Below, piece by piece: positions 42,701 to 51,700 of a stretch of 64,000 nucleotides of DNA (the stretch's first letter is position 1; the number at the start of each line of letters is the position of its first letter). Source of the stretch: Candidatus Nanoarchaeia archaeon (GTDB taxonomy: Archaea; Nanobdellota; Nanobdellia; Woesearchaeales; ARS49); assembly GCA_041484255.1 (NCBI GenBank), contig JBGPHE010000001.1, positions 6,240 through 70,239 on the forward strand, in the 5' to 3' direction. Under the pieces are notes generated by a model. The model did no database searches and had not been told where the DNA came from. It saw nothing but the letters and a program-made list of their open reading frames with translations. Both the position numbers and the translations under genes were made by a program.

Positions 42701-45700
42701 CGGACGCGTCAAGCGGCGGAGCAGGTGGAGGACGCATCATCGTGCGGTTCAATACCAGCACGTTCCCCGTCGCGCAGGCGTCCGTGGCCGGCGGCCAGAA
42801 CGGAAGCGGATCATCGTCAACGGGCGAGCCCGGAACGCTCGGCTTCCTCGACATCGACAACGACATCCTCACCGTTGTGGAAGGCTGGCGCTGGCAGAGC
42901 GACGACAAGAGCATTTGGAACTTTACCATCATCAATATCACCGACGCGCTCACGCGCGCAAATGACACCACGCTGAACTTCTCCGTGGGAACGCTCGTGA
43001 TGAGCAACGCCACCCTGCGCGCGGACAACGCGAGCGGCAACATCACACTCTTCATCAACATCTCCGCGGCCAATGTCTCGCTCCTGGATGGCGCGTTCAT
43101 CCTGCTGAACGGCTCGGGCTTTATGGGCGGCGCAATCAGCCAGAACGGTTCCGGACCGGGCGGCGGCGTCATCAATGACGGCTTCACGCGCGGCACGGGC
43201 GCATCCCATGCAGGCAAGGGAGGACAGGCGGCAGCAGGAATCATCTCGGTCGTGCGCGGCCCGTACGGCAGCTCATTGAATCCTGACACGCTCGGAAGCG
43301 GAGGCTCGGGAAGCGCGCAGACGCCCGGCGGCTCGGGCGGCGGAACGATCGCAATCAGCGCCGCGCGCGTGAGCGTCAACGGATCCATCATTGCCGATGG
43401 CGTGAACGGCACATCTGGCTCGAGCGTCAACACCGGCGGAGGAGGCTCGGGCGGCTCCATCAACATCATCACCGGCATCTTCGAGGGCAATGGCACGCTC
43501 AGCGCGCGCGGAGGCGATGCGGGAGTGTCGTTCTTCGCGGACGCGTCCAGCGGCGGAGCAGGCGGCGGACGCATCATCGTGCGCTTCAACACCAGCGCAT
43601 ATTTCCTTTCGCGCGCGGCAGTGACCGGCGGGGAGAACGGAAGCGGGAGCTCCTACCGGGGCCAGCCGGGAACGCTCGGATTCTATGACGTTGACGATAA
43701 CGTGCTCACCCTGCAGGAGGGCTGGAGATGGGAGCAGGAGGACGAGCCGATGAGCTTCGGCAATGTCACGACAAACCACACGCTCATCTTCAGCAACGCG
43801 ACCGTGCTCGTGACGGACACGTTCCGCGCAAACCGCATCAACTGGAGCGCGGACGAGAACCAGACGACGGTGTTCAACACGTCGCGCCTCATCATCGGCA
43901 ACTCGAGCGTGAACGCAACGGGAAGGCTCGTGTTCATTTACAGCAGCCAATTCAACGACAGCAACACGCTGTATCTCCAGGGCGCAAACTTCTCGCTGGA
44001 AAACCAGACCGTCGCGCGCGTCTCGTGGACCGAGTTCAGCGCGAACGTCGGCAACATCAGCGCGCGGACGCGGCTGCAGACGCGCAGGGCCTTCGTGAAC
44101 GCGACCGGCATGCAAGGCATGAACACGACGGCGAACATCACGTTCTTCGGTGTGAACTTCGGCACGCCCAAGGCGCAGGTCGACCTCGCGGACACCGGAA
44201 CGTTCGTGAACTGCGTGCCGTTCATCAACCCGTTCTGCACCACGCAGAGCTATGCGGACAATGTCTTCACGTTCAACACCTCGCACTTCACCACCTATAC
44301 TGTCGTGGAAGGAGGCGTTTCGCTTGCCCTGACCAAGACCGATACCCCTGACCCTGTGTTTGCAGGCAACACGCTGAGCTATGCAATACTGCTCAACCTC
44401 ACCGCGCAGGACGCGTTCAATGTCACGCTCACCGACATCTATCCCAACCAGACTATTTTCGTGAGCGCAGAGCCGTCGCCCATCAGCGGAACGAACAACA
44501 CATTCATCGTGGGCAACCTGACTGAGAACGATACGTTCATCATCAACATCACCGTCATGGTGCGTTCGGATACGTCGAACGGCATCGACATCAACAACAC
44601 GGCAAACATCAGCTTCCAGAACAGCACCGGCGCGATGTTCACGGCAAATGTCACGGAAAGCACGCACGTGGTGACGTCCAACAGGCCCGTCATCGCGCAG
44701 GTCATCCTGAACACGACAGATGTCACGCTGAACGACACCAACCAGAACCTGACCCTGTTCATCATCAACGCGACCGACGCGGACGATAACACCGTCTGGA
44801 ACATCACCGACTTCCGCAGGAACAACATCAGCATCGCGGTCGTGAACTACGCGTTCGAGACCAATATCAGCACGGTCTCGGCAAGCGTCCGCGACTACAG
44901 CACGTACAGCGCGAACGGCACGCTGGGCACTGCAGGCCAGAATCCCACGTGGAACCTCTCGGGACCGCTGGGCGGCGCGTACTACTTTGACGGCAATGAC
45001 TTCATCACCGCACCTGCGACCGCGCCGACCCTCCCGCTGACGTTCGAATTCTGGGTGAAGCCAGCGACGAGCAGCCCTGTCGGCATCTTCGACACTGCGC
45101 CTGGCTCGGGCGGCGTGCTGCGCAACTTCCCCGGTGGAGTGATTGAATGGCACGGCGGCGACCCCACGCTCGCCCTTGACGTGGTCGGCGGCAACTGGTA
45201 CCACATCGTGCTTATCTTCAGCTTTGACGGCGCACGGCACATCACGTATTACCGCAACGGCACGTTCATCGCGACCGCCAATGGCAGCGCGAGCAGCGGC
45301 TTCGCGTGGACGACGATGCGGCTGGGCGACATCAACAACGGCGGCGCAGGAACGTATACTGGCGAGATGAGCGAATTCCGCGTCTACAACCGCTCGCTCA
45401 CCGCATCAGAGATCGAACAGCTGTACATCGAGGGCGTCGCAGGAAGGCACCCGCAGATCATCACCCGCGGCAACACCGTCGCAGGCGATGTCTGGCAGGC
45501 CTGCGCCACGCCGAACGACAACAACCTCACCGGAAGCAGCGGCGATGGCACGACTGTCTGCAGCAACAACGTCACCATCAACAGCGTGCAGACGGTCGCG
45601 CCGGTCATCGCGCAGGTCATCCTCAACTCGACCGACCCGAGCAAGAACGACACCAGCCAGAATCTCACCTTGTTCGTCATCAACGCGACCAGCGCCAGCA

Positions 45701-48700
45701 ATGCTGCGGTGCGGAACATCACCGACTTCCGCAGGAACAACGTGAGCATCGCAGTCGTGAACATGCCGTTCGAGACCAATGTCACCAGCGTCGCGACCGG
45801 ACTCATTCGCGACTACGGGACCTGGGGCAACAACGGCACGCTGGGCGGCGGCACCGCGGCGAACGCCCCGCTCTGGAACAACTCCGGCAAGGTCGGCGGA
45901 GACTATGTCTTTGACGGAAGCAACGACTTCATCTCACTCACCGAGCCGCCTGCGGGCTCCACCAACCTCGCCAACGGCAGCGTCTTTGCGTGGATACGCA
46001 CGGCAAACGCGGGCGCGAGCTACCGCGGCATCGTGATCAAGCAGGACGCCTATGGTATGTTCCTGCTGGACAATGTGTTCATCATCCACGACTGGAACGC
46101 CGCGGCCGACCGCACCACGGGCATCAATGTCGCGGACGGCGAATGGCACCTGGTCGGCTTCACGTTCCAAAGCGGGGTCGCGGGCGGCACCAAGCTGTCC
46201 ATCGACGGCCAGATCAACCTGACCACAACACTCACCATCAACTCGCAGAGCGAGGGAATCGTCATCGGCGCAGGAGACAACCCCGGCACCCTCCAGTTCT
46301 TCGGCGGCCAGATTGACGAAGTGATGGTCTTCAATGGCACGCTCACCCCGACGCAGATAAGCCAGCTCTACCAGGACGGCATCCAGAACAAGAGCCTGGA
46401 CGTGATCACCGCGGACGAGCTCGCGGCAGGCGATGTCTGGCAGGGCTGCGCAACTCCGAACGACAACATCAGCGACGGCAACACCACCTGTAGCAACAAC
46501 GTGACCATCCTTGCGGTACAGAACGGCACGAATGTCGCGCCAACCATTGCGCAAGTCATCCTGAACACGACGAACCCGTTGCTGAATGACACGAACCAGA
46601 ACCTGACCGTCTTCATCATCAACGCGACGGACGCGAATGGCGATGCAGTGCAAAACATCACGGACTTCCGCACGAACAACTTCAGCATTGCCTTGCTGAA
46701 CATGCCGTTCGAGACGAACGTCAGCTCCGTGAGCGCGCGCGCGATCAGGGACTACTCCACCGATGAGGCAAATGGAACGCTCGGCAATGGCGCCGCAGGA
46801 CAAGCGCCCGTCTGGGACACGCAGTGCAAGGTTGGCGGATGCTACCAGTTCGACGGAACCGACGACTATATTGATGTCGGCAACGAAAGCCTCTTCGACA
46901 TCGAATTCAATCAGCCATTCACGCTTTCCTCCTGGATAAACACCACGAACAGCGCGAACGACGACTTCATCATCGCAAAGGAAGAGAACAGCGGAAACTT
47001 CAGGGGATACTACTATTTGATTGACAACGGAGCGGGCGGTGTTATCAACTGCCTCATTGAGAGCAGTGCCGCCAATCTCATTCAAGTGCGAGGCTCCACC
47101 GTCGTGCGCGACGGCAGCTGGCACAATGTCGTCTGCGCATATAACGGCTCAGGGACCGCGGCAGGAGTGACTCTCTACGTTGACGGCAACCTCGAGTCGA
47201 TGACGACCGTGAGCGACAACCTTGCAGGCAACACCATTCTGAACAATGTCGATGTCACCATCGGCTCACGGGCTTCGGCAGGAGTGCCGCTCCAGGGACG
47301 CGTCGACGAGGCATACATCTTCAACCATTCGCTCTCTGCCGCGCAGGTCAAGCAGCTCTACCTCGACGGCAACGCGAGCAAGCACGTGATGACGATCGTG
47401 CAGCCGGAAACGCAGGCAGGCGACATCTGGCAGGCCTGCGCCACACCTAATGACAACCTCACGGACGGCAACACGACGTGCAGCAACAACGTGACCATCT
47501 TCGCGCAGCAGAACTCGACCTACAGCCCGCCGACCATCGCGCAGGTCATCCTCAACACCACGAATGTCTCCCTCAATGACACCAACCAGAACCTGACCGT
47601 CTTCATCATCAACGCGACCAGCGCCCAGAATTACTCCGTGCAGAACATCACGGACTTCCGCCGCAATGCGACAAGCATCGCAGTCATCAACCTGCCGTTC
47701 GAGACGAACGTCACGAACGCGACGCTGGGGAACGGCATCCGCGACTACAGCTCGTTCAACAACAGCGGCACGCTTGGCGGCGGAACGCAGGCGAACGCGC
47801 CGGTCTGGAACGCGACAGGCCAGATTGGCGGCTACTATGACTTTGACGGCACGAACGATTTCATCCAGTTCAACGACTCGCCCTCGCTGAGCATCGCAGG
47901 AAGCGCGCTGACCATGGAAGCATGGGTGCAGACGCCGGAATCGGCGCCGGCATTGTTCGACAGGATCGTGGTGAAAGAGGTCAACACAAACGCAGATCCG
48001 TTCATCAGGTATGCACTGTATCGCACCGGCGGCACAAACACAGTGAAATTCGGCGTTTCCACCGGCGGCGCAGGAACGATAGGCCAAGTCACAAGCAACT
48101 TCAGCATCCCGCTGAACACGTGGTTCCATATGGTGGGAACGTACGATGGCGCGAACCTGCGGCTGTACCTCAACGGCGAGCTGAACAACACCGTGGCAAA
48201 TACCGGCGCAATCGCCACGAGCACGACGCCGCTCGTCATCGGCGGCAACACGGAAATCAGCGACGAGTTCTTCAACGGCTTCATCGACGAAGTGCGCGTC
48301 TACAACCGCACGCTGACGCCCGACCAGATCAGGCAGGACTACCAGGCAGGCGTCGCGCACCACCAGCCGCTCATCATCGCGAGCAACGAGACCATTGCAG
48401 GAGATATCTGGTCTGCGTGCGCCACGCCGAACGACAACATCAGCGACGGCAACACGACGTGCAGCAACAACGTGACCATCACTGCGGTGCAGAACAACAC
48501 CGTGTTCAACCTGAGCAATGTCACGCTCACGAAGCTGGACAGCCCTGACCCGGTGAACGCGAGCAGCAACCTCAGCTATACTATTATTATCAACGCGACC
48601 GCTGACTCGCCGGCGAACATCACGCTGACCGACACTTACCCTGCGCAAGTCATCTTCCTGGACTCGCAGCCCAGCCCGCTGGCAGGAACCAACAACACGT

Positions 48701-51700
48701 TCATAGTGGGCAATCTGACCGAGAACAACACATTCATTGTCAATATCACTGTGTTGGTGCTGAATGTGACGAACGGCACCGTCATCAACAACACGGCGAA
48801 CATCAGCTTCCACAACCAGACCGGCTCACAGGTCGCCGTGACTGCGACACAGAGCACGACCGTGCTCGCTGCCCCGAACGCCACGTTCAACTCGAGCAAT
48901 ATCAGCGTCGTCAAGACCGACTTCCCCGATCCGGTCGAAAACGGCTCGCAATTGAGCTACACGATCGCGGTCGCGAGCAATGGCAACGGCACGGCGTACA
49001 ATGTGACCGTGAACGACACGTATCCGCCGCAGGTCGTCTTTGATAGTGCCCAGCCAAGCCCGCTCGCAGGAACGAACAACACATTCATCCTGGGCAACCT
49101 CACCGCGGGAACGAACATCCTCATCAATATCACGGTAAACGTCTCCGGCAGCGTGCCGAACAACACACTCATCAATAACACGGTGAATGTGACGTTCCAG
49201 AACGAGACCAGCGACGTCCTGAGCCGCATTTCGACGGCAAGCACGCAAGTCATCGTAATCATCAGCACGCTGACCGGCTGCCCCGTGACCATCAATGAGA
49301 CCACGACACTGACGCAAAGACTGCAGAGCAATAGCTCGTGCATCACGTTCGGCACGGACAACATCTCGCTGGACTGCTCGGGCTTCAGCATCGGCGGCAA
49401 TTACTCCGGCAACGGCATCTCCGCAACGAACCGGCTGAACATCAGCATCAGGAACTGCTTCATCGAGAACTTCACGACCAACATCATCCTCCAGGGAACG
49501 AACCGGAGCACGGTCGCCAGCAACATCGCGCGCAACTCCAGCCAGCAGAGCATGGAAATCCAAACCAGCGCGCACGACTCCATCGAAAATAACACTGCAC
49601 AGAGCAGGACGAACGTCGGCATCAATGTCACGACGGGAATAAACGTCACGCTGGCGAACAACAACGGGACGTCTGTCTCGGGCGTGGGCATCAGCATCGA
49701 CACGGGAAGCGTCAACAATACGCTCACCAACAACAACGGAACCAGCACGTCAGGACAGGGCATCTTCCTGTCGTCAGCGTTCAACAACACGCTCAGGAAC
49801 AACAAGGCAACCACTGCAGGCGCGCCTTCTGCGCTCCAGCTGTCAAGCAGCAACGGCAATCTGCTGGTGAACAACAGCGGAATCCATACGGGCTCAGGCG
49901 CGGGAATCGCAATCTCTGTCAGCGACTACAACGTGCTGGTGAACAACACCGGAATCGGCAACCAAGGCATTGCGCTTGGGGACATAAACTCAGACTGGAA
50001 CAATTTCACGAACAACATCGGCCAAGGAACGAGCTTGGGCGCGAGTGTCAGCGCGAGCCAGAACAACACGTTCGTCAATAACACGTTCGCGACAAACACG
50101 GGAACAAGCATTACGCTGGCAGGCCTTGCAGGCACTGCCGCACTCAACAACACGTTTACGAATACGACGCTGTTGACTAATGGGACGTGGTTCTCTACGA
50201 ACGGCGACGGCCTGAACAATTCGTTCACCAACACTGTGTTTGTCAGCTTCAACGGCACCATCCGCATCCTGCCGACCGTGCAGCTGCCCAACGCGACCAC
50301 GGTGGACGTCCGACAGCTGAATGTCTCGTTCAACCGTGCGCACCTGAACTCGAGCAACCTGTCCTTCCTCAATACGACCGGCCAGATCACGCTCACGGGC
50401 GCCGTGAGCAACCAGCCGCTCGTTGACTTCGAGGACGACAACACGTTCACGCTCTGCGACGCAAGCATCTGCACCGTGCAAAGCTTCGCAGGCGGCGCGC
50501 TCATCTTCAACGTGACGCACTTCACGACGTACTCGTCGACCGCGGGCAACTCCAACTTGACGCTCACGAAGACTGACTCGCCAGACCCGGTCAATGCGAG
50601 TAGCAACCTGAGCTACCAGATTTCGGTCAATGTCACGTCCGACAGTCCGAGCAACATCACGCTGACTGACCAGTATCCTGCGCAGGTGATCTTCCTGACC
50701 GCGCAGCCGTCGCCCATCACGGGAACGAACGACACGTTCATCATCGGTAACCTGACGAACGGAAGCTCGTTCAGCGTCAACATCACTGTGCTCGTGCTGA
50801 ACGTGACGAACGGCACCGTCATCAATAACACGGCGAACATCAGCTTCCAGAACGCGTCCGGAGTCACGTTCTTCGCGACCGTGACCGAGAACACAACGGT
50901 GCGCGCACAGGTAATCCAATTCAACCTCACGAATGTCACGCTGACCAAGACCGACTCGCCCGACCCGGTCAACGCGAGCGGCATCCTGAACTATACTGTA
51001 ACGGTGAATGCGACCGCGGACTCGCCTGCGAACATCACGCTGACTGACCAGTACCCTGCACAAGTCATCTTCTTGAGCGCCCAGCCTTCACCGCTTGCAG
51101 GAACGAACAACACGTTCATTGTGGGCAACTTGACCGCGGGCCAGGCGTTCATCGTGAACATCAGCGTGCTCGTGCTGAACGTGACCAATGGCACGATTAT
51201 CAATAACACTGCCAATATCACCTTCACCAACCAGACCGGAAGCGTGCTGACGCTCAACGCGACACAGTCGACGACTGTGCTTGCGGCCGGCAACGCCACG
51301 TTCAACAACAGCAACATCTCGGTCACGAAGATTGACGCTCCTGACCCGGTGAACACGAGCGCGCAGCTGAACTACACCATCAACGTGACGAGCAATGGCA
51401 ACGGAACCTCGTACAATGTGACTGCGAACGACACATACCCTGCGCAAGTCATCTTCTTGAGCGCCCAGCCGACGCCGCTGGCAGGAACCAACAACACCTT
51501 CATCCTAGGCAACCTGACCGCAGGCCAGAGTGTCCTGATTAACGTGACCGTGCTGGTGCTCAACATCAGCAACGGCACGCTCATCAACAACACCGTGAAC
51601 GTGACATTCCAGAACGAGACCAGCGCAGTGCTCAGCAGGATTGCGAGCACGAGCACGCTGGTCATCAACCTCACCTTCACGCCGCTCTTCAACGCGAGCA

